Shown: positions 13,834 through 27,790, numbered from the stretch's first letter. The stretch: DNA of 64,000 nt from Mobula hypostoma (GCF_963921235.1 NC_086097.1:230084001-230148000); one strand, 5' to 3'. Numbers and translations are program-made. Notes: a model not told the origin generated them from the letters alone.

Positions 13834-16800
13834 ACATTTTCCACATGACAGTCATAATTAGGTTTCTAAACTCCTGCACAGATGAGATATTTTCATGGTA
13901 CAACTCCTGGTGATTAAGTGGAAACCACGGATGCTACTGCCTTGCTCATGCAAATGAGACTGGTGGCGGCTACAGCATACGGTTAGCCTTCAGGATGCGT
14001 GGGGGGAAACGCATGTAAGTGGATATCAGGTTATGTAAAATAGATGCAAATTTATTTTCCAAAAAGATAAAATAGTAATTGGAAATACATAAGTTAGTTG
14101 ATTGATGTAGGGAGAACAGATATTTTGGATGGTTGCTTTTTACAAGATGGACTGAAATAGCAAAATGTGAAAAGAACAGTTAAATAGAAACAGAAAAAGC
14201 TGGAAATACTTAAATAGCCAGGCCACATCTGTGAGGAGAATAAACTTAGGACCTCAAAAATGGTTCTGTCAACTGCTATGCAGTTAAAGGTCTGTTCAGC
14301 CTGGAGCACAGTAAAAAAAAAATAAAACATGTATATTCCCAGGCATCATCATTAAATTTTTATCCTTCCAAAAAAAAATATCAGGAGCCACTTCCATAGG
14401 CAGAACTATTTGAGGAGAGAGGGTGACACAGGTTACTGTTGATCACAACAGCACTCACTGAGAGTGGCACCTCCTGCAACCTTAAATTCAGCATTGCATA
14501 TGCAACTGAACTACTTTGCCAGTGAGGATCAAAGACAGGATCACCCTCACCACCCTCCTTTCAGGATTATTTGATGCTCCCTACAAATACTTAATGCTAG
14601 ATCTCAATTTGCCACTTGCTGTATTAGGGCATCACCCAAGCTCCATATTCCAAAGGAGGAATTGACTTCATCTGCCTTTCCTTCAGCCAGCAACAGCAAA
14701 ATGAGCATGCGAGTTGATCACTGCAGAGCGAAGGCATTCATAGACAGCACATAATTATTACTCCCTCCACAGGCTTCATGGACAAACTGTCAGGAGCATC
14801 TAATCCTGGAGGATCTGCATAGCCCCTTGGAGAAAAGAACATAAATCCAATAAGTAATAGGCCTTGAGGATACTTTGAGCCTTCAGGGGGTTTCCTCTCT
14901 CTCCTCGTCCATTACTGACGCATTCCTTCTCAATGCAACAGAATTGCCTGCATAGCTGCAAAACTTGACGACAGATTAATGCAACAACATGATAAAGCAA
15001 CATCAGGCTTTATCCAAGAGAAACCCCAGCAGCTCTGTTCTAGGAACCCGAGAACTTATTTCACACAGAATTCTTTTTGGGTGGTAGCAAAAGCAAAGGA
15101 GAGGAATTTCTGGGCCAACATTTCAAGCTGAACACCCTTCATTAGAACTTGGAGAAGCTAGAGCAGAAAAAGTGGTAAGATGACACAGAAACCAAGAGAG
15201 AGGGAACAGTGAAGACACCATGGAAAAAGATAGAGACTGAATAATGAAATTCTTGCTGACTATGTGGGGTTCCAGATAGCTCAACTTCCTTGTTCTTTTA
15301 TGGTGTGTATAAATGAACTACAGGGTAGTACATGACGAAGCAGCATGCAAAACAGTATGTTTTAAAAAATGAAACTGCAGGAAGATACCAACTGACAGGT
15401 CAGTAGACAGAAAACTGACAAGTGGAATTCAACCTGAAAAAACAGTACAACTACTGCATTTTGGAAGCATAAACAGTGAGGGGGGAGGGGAACATACAAT
15501 ATATAGAAAGCTATCAAGAAGTGTACAAAGATCAGAGGGATCTTTAAGTCTGTAATTATACATACATCTCTGAAGGACAGCAAGTCTGTTAAATCAGTAA
15601 TACATCCTTGATGTCACGGAGTCGAGGCAAAGAATTCGAGAACTAGAAATGTATGAGATATATTTTACGTTAATTGATATAATTTTTTGGGAGAAAAACC
15701 ACCCAACTTTTCTCGTGGAAAAGAGGAAACTCGTGTGAAACAGTATTGGAGTTTGAAATGTTCTAAGCATTTAAAAATAGTAGTCAAGTGGAGTACTTGA
15801 GCTGCCAAGGACATGATAGGCCAAATGGCCTCTGTAGGTCACAAATTTCTCTGAGCCACAATATAAAAGTTTATGTTCCCATGTTATACATCCAACTATC
15901 TGCTGATGCAAAGCCATTCAAACAGCTCTAAGCAGCATTTTCACATCTCTGGCTAAATATATTTTTAGATTAATGGGGCGTCTTCCTCCTTGAAGTTGTT
16001 ACCTTACCCACAACTTAAAACTTGATCAAGTATGCAATAAATATATTTTGATTACATCTATTTTATATCCTTACCTCTTGGATTAAAAAAATAATGATCA
16101 CTTCTTGTTAGGAACCTCTGTAGAAACATCCAGAAGGAACATTTGCCATGAGAATTACCCTGAACTGCATATAAATAAATCCCCAAAGCACATAAACCAC
16201 AGGAACTTGTGGTTAACAGTGAAATAGTTGCATACATGCATATTACTATTCATAGAAACATTTACTGCAAGGGCATCAATACTACAAATATCTTGAAATA
16301 TTTCAGGATGTATTTTGGACATTTCTACTAAAATTGCAGCGTTTCTGCTCCATTTATGTAATAGCATCAAGAAATTAGACTCTATATTTTGCACCCATGA
16401 ACTCTGCTAGATCAGGGGACAATTGTGATTGTATTTCAAAACAAACTCATCTTGCCTGGCTTTTAAATGGACTCCAACTTGTTATCTTGCAGTGTTGCAT
16501 AAAGGTGAATTTCCCACTTCTTAGGCATCAATTAGTAGATCTCATTCTCCAAATGAAAATCTGCTTCCACACATTGCTGTGCAGTAAGAGGACCAAATAA
16601 ATGCTGGTGGTGATATTTTCAAAAGCTAGTTTATCAGCACAAGCCTTACAATTCTCTTTGTTTCAATCAGTTATGAATGCTGAGTTTTTAAAATCAAAGC
16701 ACATGATTGATGTTGATTCAACATGTTTATGTTCTGTATTTTTTTGAGACATCCACATTCCTCTTTTTCCATCTGTTTTCCACTATTGGGCTAAGGCATT

Positions 16801-17610
16801 GGTGTTTCCTGGTGAAAGTTTCAAACATTTACACACACATACAGATATAAAGTCTGTAACAACTGTGGTATATTCACACAGATCCACTGATGAGTCTCAG
16901 TAACAGAATGTGTAGCAACGTCAAAGAAACCCACAGATACGACAAAGATGTGTGGAATTTGCTCATTATACAAATTAAATTTCAAATGCACACTTTCAAT
17001 ATAGTGAGAAGATAATGCAGCATTCCTTCTCTTCCATCCCTTCCGCAAAAATTTGGGAATTCTGTCTGTCACAAATGTTTTTAGACAATAAGGTACTTTA
17101 GAGAACATACCAATTCAAATCATTCATTTTATTTAAATAAAAACTATTTACTTTGAATGGACTCAAATATAAAAATAATACAAGTGAATTTTCATTCAAA
17201 ATGTGACTTCTGTAAGGAACCGCTTGTACAATTCTGATTTTTTTTTAAGATCCAAGTGTGAGAAACACTTTCAGGTGCTCAGTATTTTCAGAATTCACAA
17301 GCCAAGGAAGTCATAAATAATATCATTGTGTGTGTCAACTTGAGAAGCAATATTAGAGGCTGAAAATGTGAAAAAGTATGATTTTCATTCTTAGCATTTT
17401 CTTTTTTGCCACAGAGGAGTACTGATATGATCTGCCAGCTTAGTCCTAGATCATGATAGTTGAAAGCTGTGTAATGTCACAAAGCAAAAAGCAACATCTT
17501 GTAAGCAGTGCCTAGTGTATGAAGTGAACAAACTCAGCTCTGTAACTAAGTGACTGGACTAATTATACACACACACTCAAAAAAAATTCTACAGCTGCTG
17601 AAAATCTTGA

Positions 17611-18918
17611 GCAAAAGTCAGCATGGATTTGTGAAAGGAAAATCATGTCTGACGAATCTCATAGAATTTTTTGAGGATGTAACTAGTAGAGTGGATAGGG
17701 GAGAACCAGTGGATGTGGTATATTTGGATTTTCAAAAGGCTTTTGACAAGGTCCCACACAGGAGATTAGTGTGCAAACTTAAAGCACATGGTATTGGGGG
17801 TAAGGTATTGGTGTGGGTGGAGAATTGGTTAGCAGACAGGAAGCAAAGAGTGGGAATAAACGGGACCTTTTCAGAATGGCAGGCGGTGACTAGTGGGGTA
17901 CCGCAAGGCTCAGTGCTGGGACCCCAGTTGTTTACAATATATATTAATGACTTGGATGAGGGAATTAAATGCAGCATCTCCAAGTTTGCGGATGACACGA
18001 AGCTGGGTGGCAGTGTTAGCAGTGAGGAGGATGCTAAGAGGATGCAGGGTGACTTGGATAGGTTGGGTGAGTGGGCAAACTCATGGCAGATGCAATTTAA
18101 TGTGGATAAATGTGAAGTTATCCACTTTGGTGGCAAAAATAGGAAAACAGATTATTATCTGAATGGTGGCCGATTAGGAAAAGGGGAGGTGCAACGAGAC
18201 CTGGGTGTCATTATACACCAGTCATTGAAAGTGGGCATGCAGGTACAGCAGGCGGTGAAAAAGGCAAACGGTATGCTGGCATTTATAGCGAGAGGATTCG
18301 AGTACAGGAGCAGGGAGGTACTACTGCAGTTGTACAAGGCCTTGGTGAGACCACACCTGGAGTATTGTGTGCAGTTTTGGTCCCCTAATCTGAGGAAAGA
18401 CATCCTTGCCATAGAGGGAGTACAAAGAAGGTTCACCAGATTGATTCCTGGGATGGCAGGTCTTTCATATGAAGAAAGACTGGATGAACTGGGCTTGTAC
18501 TCGTTGGAATTTAGAAGATTGAGGGGGGATCTGATTGAAACGTATAAGATCCTAAAGGGATTGGACAGGCTAGATGCGGGAAGATTGTTCCCGATGTTGG
18601 GGAGGTCTAGAACGAGGGGTCACAGTTTGAGGATAGAGGGGAAGCCTTTTAGGACCGAGGTTAGGAAAAACTTCTTCACACAGAGAGTGGTGAATCTGTG
18701 GAATTCTCTGCCACAGCAAACTGTTGAGGCCAGTTCATTAGCTATGTTTAAAAGGAAGTTAGATATGGCCCTTGTGGCTACAGGGGTCACGGGGTATGGA
18801 AGGAAGGCTGGGTTCTGAGTTGGATGATCAGCCATGATCATAATAAATGGCGGTGCAGGCTCGAAGGGCCGAATGGCCTACTCCTGCACCTATTTTCTAT
18901 GTTTCTATGTTTCTATGT
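17611..18918 (+). mobile_element. Young 5'-truncated CR1 LINE, uninterrupted RT C-terminal frame
   Basis: ORF 17550-18818 contains QHGF, YLDFQKAFDKVPH, GVPQGSVLGP and FADDTK, with no stops. 3' tail (TTCTATGT)n. Confidence 0.95.
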
Positions 18919-19289
18919 AACTCTTCCCCCACCACCCTCTCATTCTGGCTTCTGTCCCTTTCAAGTCTTGGCCCAAAACGTTGCCTGTTAATTCTCCTCC
19001 ATAGATGCCTGCTAACTTGCTGAATTCCTCCAGCATCTTGTATGTGTTGCTCCATAAAATATACCATATGCAACATAGAACAGGACTACCAAACATTTGC
19101 TTCAATGGTAAGAATGTTAGAAGGGTGGCGAGAAAAAAAAACTAGAGAATAAGTGAGATTTACAATATTGATAAAAATCTGTTGAAATAAAAACAGGCAA
19201 AGAGATTTTCAGAATCATTGTTTTTAATGGAAACCTGTAATGAAATAGAAATCTTAAAGCTTTGAAGAATATAACACATTTTAGGAAGA

Positions 19290-20000
19290 AAATCCAGAGT
19301 AGGACATGCACAGTGAAATTTGGGCACTGAGGATTACAGTAGAACAGAGGGATCCATAACTTTTTGGAAGTGGTATCACAGGTAAATAGGGTCATAAAGA
19401 AAGCTTTCGACTCATTAGCTTCATAAATCAAAATATTGAGTACAGGAGATATGTTGAAGTTATACAATACATTGATGAGGCCTAATTTGGAGTATCATGG
19501 GCAGTTCTGGTCACCTACCTACAGGAAAGATACAAGGAAGGATGAAAAAATACAGAGAAAATTTACAAGATGTTGCTGGGACTTGAGGACCCAAGTTACA
19601 AGGTTAAATAGGCTAGGACTTTAGTCCCTGGGGCATAGGAGAATGAGGATTTGATACAGGGGTGCAAAATGATGAGAGGTATAGTTAGGGAAAATGCAAG
19701 CAGGCTTTGCCCACTGAGGTTAGGTGAGACTAGAACTGGAGATCATGGGTTAAGAGTGAAAGGTGAAATATTTAAGGGGACCCTGAGGGGGGAATTTCTT
19801 CTTTCAGAAGGTGATGCGAGTGTGAAATGAGCTGCCAGCAAAAGTGGTGGATGTGTGTTCAATTGCACCATTTGGATAAGTATGTGAATAGGTGGGGTGG
19901 GTAAGTCTGTGTGTAGGTCAATGCTTCTATGCAAAATAATACTTCAGTAGGGACTTAATGGGTTGAAGGAATTGTTTTAGTACATGATTAATCTATGACA
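19290..20000 (+). mobile_element. Decayed CR1 3' fragment
   Basis: LYNTLMRPNLEYHGQFWSP. Confidence 0.75.
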
Positions 20001-20209
20001 ATGACAATTTTTTGCTGTTTACATCAAAAGCCCCAAGTGCATATACTTTTTAAACTAACATCTAAATATTGTGGAATTTCTTACATTTCACATCTACCAC
20101 ATCATGGAGAACATAAAACATAACAAACAGCAGCCAATTTACACATTTAACTCATGGTTATAGAAACTGGGAAATCCGTGCATTATAACTGCAATACATG
20201 TCGTTCTGT

Positions 20210-20495
20210 AAGACAGTACAGTAGTGTAGTTGCTAGCACAACACTTTACAGTACCAGCAACCCGAGTTCGTTTCCTACCTGTGCCTGTAAGGTGTTTGTA
20301 TGTTTTCCCTGTGACCATATGGGTTTCCTCCGGGTGCTCCGGTTTCCTCCAACATACCAAAGATGTACCAGTTTGTGGCTTAATTAGTCATTGTAAATTG
20401 CCCATGATTAGGCTAGGATCAAATTGGGGGATGGTTGGGCGGCATGGCTCGAAAAGCCAGAAAGACCTATTCCACATTGAATGTCAATAAATAAA
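20210..20495 (+). mobile_element. tRNA-headed SINE (V-SINE/HE1-like)
   Basis: tRNA-like head, core GGGTTTCCTCCGGGTGCTCCGGTTTCCTCC, AATAA tail. Relatives at ~40970-41185, ~43740-44050 and ~56015-56225. Confidence 0.65.
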
Positions 20496-22615
20496 AGAAA
20501 GAGAGACCATCATAAGACATAGGTGCAGAATTAGGCCATTTGGCCCATTGAGTCTGCCCTGCCATCCCATCATGTCTGATTAATTATCTACCCGACTCCC
20601 ATTCTCCCTGTAAGCTTTGATGCCATAACTAATAAAGAACTTACCAACATCCACTTTAAATATACTCAATGACTTGGCCTCCACAGCCATCGGTAGCAAT
20701 CAATTCAACAGATTCACCACCCTGACTAAAGAAATTTCCTCCTCATCTCTTTTCGAAATGGACGTCCACTAGAATGAGGCTGTGCCCTGTGGTTCTAAAC
20801 TCCCCCACGTCCACTCTATCCAGACCTTTCAATAACATCCCTTTCTCAATCTTCAAAACTCCAGCAGGTACAAACACCATCAAACACTCCTCATATGTTA
20901 ACCCTTTTATTCCCAGAATCATTCTGGTGAACCTCCTCTGGACCCTCTCCAATGCCAGCACATCTTTTCATAAATAAGGGGCCCAAAACTGCTCACAATA
21001 CTCCCAACTGCAGTCTGTCTAATGCTTTACAAAGTCTCAGCAATACAACCTTACTTTTATATTCTAGTCCCCTTGAAATGAATGTCAACATTGCATTTGC
21101 CTTCTTTACTGATTCAACCTCAAGTTAACCTTTAGGGAATCCTACACAAGGACCCAAGTCCTTTAACATCTCTGACTTTTGAATTTTCTCCCCATTTAAA
21201 AAAATAGTCTCTACCTTTATTCCTTCTACCAAACTACACCATCATCCACTTTCCTTCACTATACTCCATTTGCCACTTCTTTGCCCATTCTCCTAATCCA
21301 AGTCCTTTTGCAGACACTCTACTTCTTCAACATTACCTGCCCCTCCAATTATCTTAATATAGTCTGCAAACTTGGCCACAAAGTCATCGATTCCATCATC
21401 CAAATCACTGACATATAACATGAAAAAAAAACAGGCCCCAACATGCACCTTTCAGAACACAGTCACCAGCAGTCAATTTGAAAAGGCCCACTTCATTCCC
21501 ACGCTTTGCCTCCTGCCAGTCAGTCAATCTTCTATCCATGCTAGTATCTTTCCTGTAATACCGTGGGTCTTATCTTGTTAAGCAGCCACATGTGTGGCAC
21601 TTTGACAAAGGCCTTCTGATAATCCAGTACACACATTCCTCCTAGTCTTCTTTGTCTACCCTGCTTCTTGTATCCTCAAAGAATTTAAAGAGGTTTGTCA
21701 GGCAATATTTCCCCTTAAGGAAACCATGCTGACTTCTGCATATTTTATCATGTGCCTCCAGAAACTCATCCTTAATAATGGACTTCAACACCCTCCCAAC
21801 TACTGAAGTTAGGCTAACTGGCCTATAACTTCCTTTCTTCTACCTTGCTCCCTTCTTAAAGAGTAGAATAACATTTGCAATTTTCCAGTCCCCTGGAACC
21901 ATTCCAGAATCTAGTGAATCTTGAAAGGTTACTAATGCCTCCACAATGTCTTCAGCCACCTCTTTCAGAACCCTAGAATGTAGTCCATCTGGTCCAGGTC
22001 ACTTACCTACCTTCAAACCTTCCAGCTTCTTAAGCACTTTCTCCTTAGTAATAGCAAATACACTCATTTCTGTCCCCAATACTCTCAAATTTCTTGGCAT
22101 ACTACTAGTGTTGCCCACAGTGAAGACTGATGCAAAAGGCTTAAGCTCACCCCCCATTACTACCACTCCACCATCATTTTTCAGTGGTCCAATTTCCACT
22201 CTCGTCTTTCTTTTACTCTTTATATATTTGAAAACAAAATGTTTGGCATTGTTTCCTTATGGTTTTCAAGTTGCCTTCTGCTGGTTTTTAAAAGCTTCCC
22301 AATCCTCTAACTTCCCATTAACTTTTTGCTATATTATATACCCTCTCTTTACCTTTTATGTTGTCTTTGACTTGCCTTTTCAGCCATGATTACCTCAATC
22401 TCCCCTTAGAATACTTTCATTTTTGGGATGTATCCCTCCTGTACTTTTCTGAGTTGCTCCCAGAAATTCCAGCCGTTGCTGCTCATGCTAGTGTTCCCTT
22501 CCAATCAAATCTCTCATGTCTCTGTAATTCCACTGTAATATTGATACATCTGATTTTAGCTTCTCCCTCTCAAACAGCAGAGTGAATTCTATCAAAATAA
22601 TCAGTGTTTCCTAAG

Positions 22616-22777
22616 CAAACAACAGGAATTCTGCAGATGCTGGAAATTCAAGCAACACACATCAAAGTTGCTGGTGAACGCAGCAGGCCAAGCAGCATCT
22701 ATAGGAAGAGGCGCAGTCGACGTTTCAGGCCGAGACCCTTCGTCAGGACTAACTGAAGGAAGAGTGAGTAAGGGATC
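22616..22777 (-). mobile_element. 162-bp Penelope 3'-end unit with hammerhead, inserted in CR1
   Basis: 11-bp TSD TGTTTCCTAAG at 22605-22615 and 22778-22788. Same sequence family as 33585-34054. Confidence 0.85.
22714..22750 (-). ncRNA. Minimal hammerhead ribozyme motif, intact core
   Basis: Minus strand reads AGUCCUGACGAAGGGUCUCGGCCUGAAACGUCGACUG. Confidence 0.75.
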
Positions 22778-25209
22778 TGTTTCCTAAGAGTTCTTTTCCC
22801 TTAAGGTCCCTAAACAAATCTGGTTCATTACATCACACTCAAACCAGAACTGCCTTTCGCCTAGTGGGCTCAGCCATAAGCTGTTCTAATAAACTTCTCA
22901 AACACCAGGAAATCTGCAGATGCTGGAAATTCAAGCAACACACACAGAAAAAAAATGCTGGTAATGCACACAAAAAAAAATGCGTTCACCAGCAATTTTT
23001 TTTGTGTGTTGCTACAAAACATTTAATAGGCTTTCTACAAATTCCCTCTCATTGGATCCAGCAACAACCAAACTTCCCCAATCTACCTGCATGTTGAACT
23101 CCCCCATGACTATCATAACACTGCCCATTCGACATGCCTTTCTATCGCCATTGTAATTTGTATCCCACATCCTGGCTACTGTTCAGAGACCTGTATATGA
23201 CTCCCATCAGGGCCTTCTTACACCGACAGTTTCTTAACTCTACCCAGAAGGATTCTAAATCTTCTGATCCTATGTCACCTCTTTCCAAAGATGTGATTTC
23301 ACTTTTTACCAACAGAGATACCTCACCTCTCTGTCTACCTACCTGTCCTTTTGATACAATATCCATCCACTATGATCTTCTCCCAGCCACATCTCACTGA
23401 TGCCCAAAACTTCATACCTGCCAATCTCTAACCGTGCTTCAAGTTTGTCCACCTTATTCCATATACTGCATGCAATCAAATGTAACAACTTCAGTCCTGT
23501 ATTCACTCTTTTCAATTTTGCCCCCGTGTAACATTTCAACTCATCCCTCTATCTGCCTGCTCTTCCTTAGTCTCTCTAAAACACCGTATCTACTTGTATA
23601 CCAACAGCCCCATCCCCAGCACCGTCACTCCAGTTCCTATCCCCCTGCCAAATTAGTTTAAACCCACCCCAACAGCTCTAGCAAATCTGCCCACAAGGAT
23701 ATCGGACCCCTCAAGATCAGCTGTAACCCATTCTTTTTGTACAAGTCATACCTTCCCCAGAAGAGATTCCAATTATTCAGAAATCTGAAAACCTGCCTCC
23801 TGCACAAATTCTTCAGCCATGCATTTATCTGCCAAATTACTCTTTTCTTACCCTCACTGGCATATGGCACAGGCAGCAATCCAGAGATATCTACCCTGAA
23901 GATCCTGCTTTTCAGCTTCCTACCCAATTCCCTGTATTCTCTCTTCAGGACCTCCTCCCATTTCTGACCCACGTCATTGGTACCAATATGTACCACAACT
24001 TCCAGCTGTTCACCCCCCCCCCACCTTTAGAATGCTGTGACTGGATCCAAGACATCCCCAAACCTGGCACCAGGGAGGCCCAATACCATCCAGATGTCTT
24101 TATCACATCCACAGAATCTCCTGTCTGCTCTTCTAACTATGGAATCTCCTATCACTACCACACTCCTTTTCTTCCCCCTTCCCTTTTGAGCCACAGAGCC
24201 TGGCTCAGTGCCACAGATCCGGCCGCTGTGGCTTCTCCATGGTAGGTCCCCACCCCCATCCTCCCACCATTATCCAAAGCTGTGTACTTACTACAGGAGG
24301 GGAACAGCCACAGGAGTAATCTGCACTGGCAGCCTATTCCTTTCCCCTCTCCTGGTACGTCCCCCTTGCAACTTTGGGATGATTACCTTCCTGCAGCTCC
24401 CATCACCTCAGTCTCCCATTTGACCCACAGGTCAAGCTGCAACTCCAGTTCCTTAACACAGTATCTGAGGAGCTGCCGCTCGATACACCATGCGGATGGA
24501 GTTATCAGGGACACTGGAGGTCTCCTGAAGTTCCCACATCTCACACAAAGAACACATTACCAACTTTGGACCCATTCTCAGCACACTATTTACGTACTAA
24601 TAGACAAAGAGATATTAAAAAAAACAACTTACTTAGATCCTCTGCCTGCATTTGCCAAACCTACCCCTGCTCCTCTTGCACCTCCCTTGGCTCAAATAAA
24701 ACTCAGCCCTGGTGAGATTTGAAGCTCACAAATGGCTCCCGCCCTGCAAGATGTCACCCTCTTACTCACTACTTTAAACAATGACTCATTCTTGATGAGA
24801 CTTGCAACTTTCAAATGGCTCCTGACCTGCAAGATGTTGTTCTTTCATTCGCTACTTCAAACAAGTTTCATATATGAAATGATGCAAAAGATAATGATAT
24901 TCATTACTAAGGTTACCAAAATGCTTTCATACAATATATAGCACTTCAGATTAAAATTAACTACACACCTAGCAGAGCTTATTCAATCTTTCACATTTAC
25001 ATGACATCATCTGCCCTCAACTCCAACACATCTAACTAGGCTTTGATATTTCCCCATCTGTATATTTTAATTGCTTTCTCAACTCACCTCCGATTTTCTC
25101 CAATTCAAAAATATGGATTACAGTACACATCATTCTCTACGTTCATTGAAAAAATGATTCCAAACATTTCTTACAATGCATCAGCACCTGTGTTGCTTTC
25201 TTAAGGCAG

Positions 25210-25775
25210 TGCACTTGAGAAACTTTTGAGAGGCTGCTAAGCAGAACCCAGACCATCAGTGGCAGGACCCTACTTGTGCACCTTCCGCACAAAGCCTTTG
25301 TAGTGGCTGCACCCAGATTTAGTATCTCTCTCTCTCAGCATGTCAGCAGATGACATCTCCTTACACAGGAAGACCAACAAGTTTAAGACAGATTAAAGTA
25401 TGCCTTTCACCATGTTGACGATCTTCTTCATTGGGAAGAGTCCGTAGATCATAGAATGAACTTCAGTAAGGACCAAAGTAGTCCTTTTCAGAAGTTTTTG
25501 GCAAACACATAGTCCACAAGAAGGTGGATAATGGTCTTATTTGTACTGAAGCTGAAGTCAGTGGTATGGTGGAAGTGAAACTGTGACTATGCACAAGGAT
25601 ATGATGAAAAGAGCTCCTACTTATAGCCGGGTAAGGTTTAGTGCTTGTTTGTAAACTCTGCCGATGAGATATTCTGCCAAATGACTGACAGCTGGCTCAG
25701 GAATCCATTCTCTCCTTCACATCAATTTCCTCCATGACAATTCAAAGCTGGTGCTCCGTCTTTCCAGCACCTCAG
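25210..25775 (-). mobile_element. Decayed Tx1/L1-clade LINE 3' fragment
   Basis: WQNISSAEFTNKH...TIIHLLVDYVFAK...IYGLFP...VNMVKGIL*SVLNLLVF, resembling the Tx1 ORF2 C-terminal zf-RVT region. Confidence 0.6.
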
Positions 25776-25784
25776 AGTATACAA

Positions 25785-25865
25785 CAGGGGTTCCTAAGTG
25801 GGGGTCTGTGGACTCCTGGTTTAATGTCATTTGGTCCATGGCATAGTAAAGGTTGGGAATCCCTG
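25785..25865. mobile_element. 81-bp hAT (Charlie/Buster-type) MITE
   Basis: TIRs CAGGGGTTCC / GGAATCCCTG; 8-bp TSD GTATACAA / GTATACAC. Confidence 0.75.
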
Positions 25866-26681
25866 GTATACACCGTCACTTTTTGGTTTCACAAATTCAA
25901 TTCATACTAGTTAGCCAAAGCTACAAACCTATGTCTACGACTCAGAACAAACCCTAACCTTATAGAAGTCCTCCTACCCTTCTACATACAATTGTGAAAA
26001 GATGGGGGGGTGGGGAGAGAACTGGGTAGCCAATGTAAGGAGGTGTCACCATGAATATTCCTTTACAAAACAAAGCAATGTGCAAACTTAGGAGGTAAAA
26101 ACTAAAGCCAGACTAGAAACCCAGCAGGCCAACTACCAACTGTCAACAAGCCTTTCACCCATCTAAAAGGTTGAAATATGCTCTCCATTTGCCCAGAAGC
26201 AAACTATTTCAGCAAAACTACTTCAGGTCAGAGAAGCTCACTTGATTGGCACCCTGTCTTGACCTTAAATATTCACTTGCCCGACACCAGGCATAGCACT
26301 ACAGCTCAAAACTTCTTTCCAAATCCACAATCTTCATCACATAGAAATAGATAAGATCCATTAAGGACAGGGCAGGAAGGAAGAAAGCATACAGTACACA
26401 GCAATTGCCCTTTATATTCTACACCTTTCTGACTTGCAAACATCTTATTGACATATCATCGAAATCTTGGAACTTGGAACACCACAGGATTCCCGCTCTT
26501 AGGAACAGCAGCTATTGGTTAATGTCACACAAAATACCAGTCTTGCTGACATACTGTAAATATATAGAAAGAAGAATTGCCAATCAGTACTCCTGGACCC
26601 TACTTTTGTCTCAGTTCACTGATACCATCAATGTGCTGGAGGAGTTCAGTAGGTCAGGCAGCATCTATGGATGGGAATAAG

Positions 26682-26719
26682 CAGTCGACATTTCGGGCCA
26701 AGACCCTTCATCAGGACTG
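26682..26719 (-). ncRNA. Hammerhead motif, near-intact
   Basis: Minus strand reads CAGUC-CUGAUGA-AGGGUCUUGGCCC-GAAAUGUC-GACUG, with a C-to-U change in stem III. A partial inverted copy follows at ~26750-26850. Confidence 0.6.
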
Positions 26720-27167
26720 GAAAGGAAGGGAGAAGAAGTTAGAGCCTCTGTCTTGGCCCAAAACATCAACTGTTTATTCCCAGTATCCATAGATACTGCC
26801 TGACTTGCTGAGCTCCTCCAGCACATTGTGTGTGTAACTCTAGATTTCCAGTCTTGTGACACTGATACCACCTTGTCATTCAGATCAGGACCTTCATTTT
26901 GTCCATTGCTGTCAGGTTTGCAGCATGTACCTTAAAGAGAAACTATTTACTACCAATATACACACAATTGGTAGGGGCAGCCCTGAGTGCCAAGTCTGCT
27001 CCGAAATAAGAAGTGAGACCTGACCAAATTGAAAGACCTACAAAAAAAAATCATTTAATGTACTGTATCAGTCACATCGTGGATACCTGCAGCAGGGAAA
27101 GCGACCAGCTAACCTATCAGCTACATACATGCCATAAAGAAAAATACTTAAATTCTACTTCCTAACA

Positions 27168-27790
27168 GTTAAGAAAGCTTATGGGGCGGTTAGCTTTCAT
27201 AAGTCGAGGGATAGAGTTTAAGAGTCGTGATGTAATGATGCAGCTCTGTAAAACTCTGGTTAGGCCACACTTGGAGTATTGTGTCCAGTTCTGGTCGCCT
27301 CACTATAGGAAGGATGTGGAAGCATTCGGAAGGGCAAAGAGGAGATTTACCAGGACGCTGCCAGGTTTAGAGAGTATGGATTATGATCAGAGATTAAGGG
27401 AGCTAGAGCTTTACTCTTTGGAGAGAAGGAGGATGAGAGGAGACATGATAGAGGTGTACAAGATATTAGGAGGAATAGATAGAGTGGACAGCCAGCACCT
27501 CTTCCCCAGGGCGCCACTGCTCAATACTTAAGAGGACATGGTTTTAAGGTAAGGGGTGGGAAGTTCAAGGGGGATATTAGAGGAAGGTTTTTTTTACTCA
27601 GAGAGTGGTTGGTGCGTGGAATGCACTGCCTGAGTCAGTGGTGGAGGCAGTTACACTAATGAAATTTAAGAGACTACTAGACAGGTATATGGAGGAATTT
27701 CAGGTGGGGTTTATATGGGAGGCACGGTTTGACGGTCGGCACAACATTGTGGGCCGAAGGGCCTGTAATGTGCTGTACTATTCTATGTTC
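27168..27790 (+). mobile_element. CR1 3' fragment
   Basis: LVRPHLEYCVQFWSPHYRKD; tail TTCTATGTTC. Confidence 0.9.

Larger units (their letters stand above)
20509..24700 (-). mobile_element. Near full-length decayed CR1 LINE including ORF1 SGNH-esterase
   Basis: ORF 23658-23996 (VHIGTND...SGLLPVP...WGRYDLYK) matches the CR1 ORF1 esterase. Endonuclease pieces at 23142-23539 and RT pieces down to ~20700. Interrupted by Penelope pieces at 22616-22777 and ~22900-23012. Confidence 0.85.

Noticed and set aside
17550..18818. 422-aa ORF (and the 492-aa ORF at 28860-30338) as a host gene or retron-like RT system
   Set aside because: Standard CR1 ORF2 motifs, 5' truncation and microsatellite tails. 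The N-terminus of the 422-aa ORF is read-through from flanking DNA.
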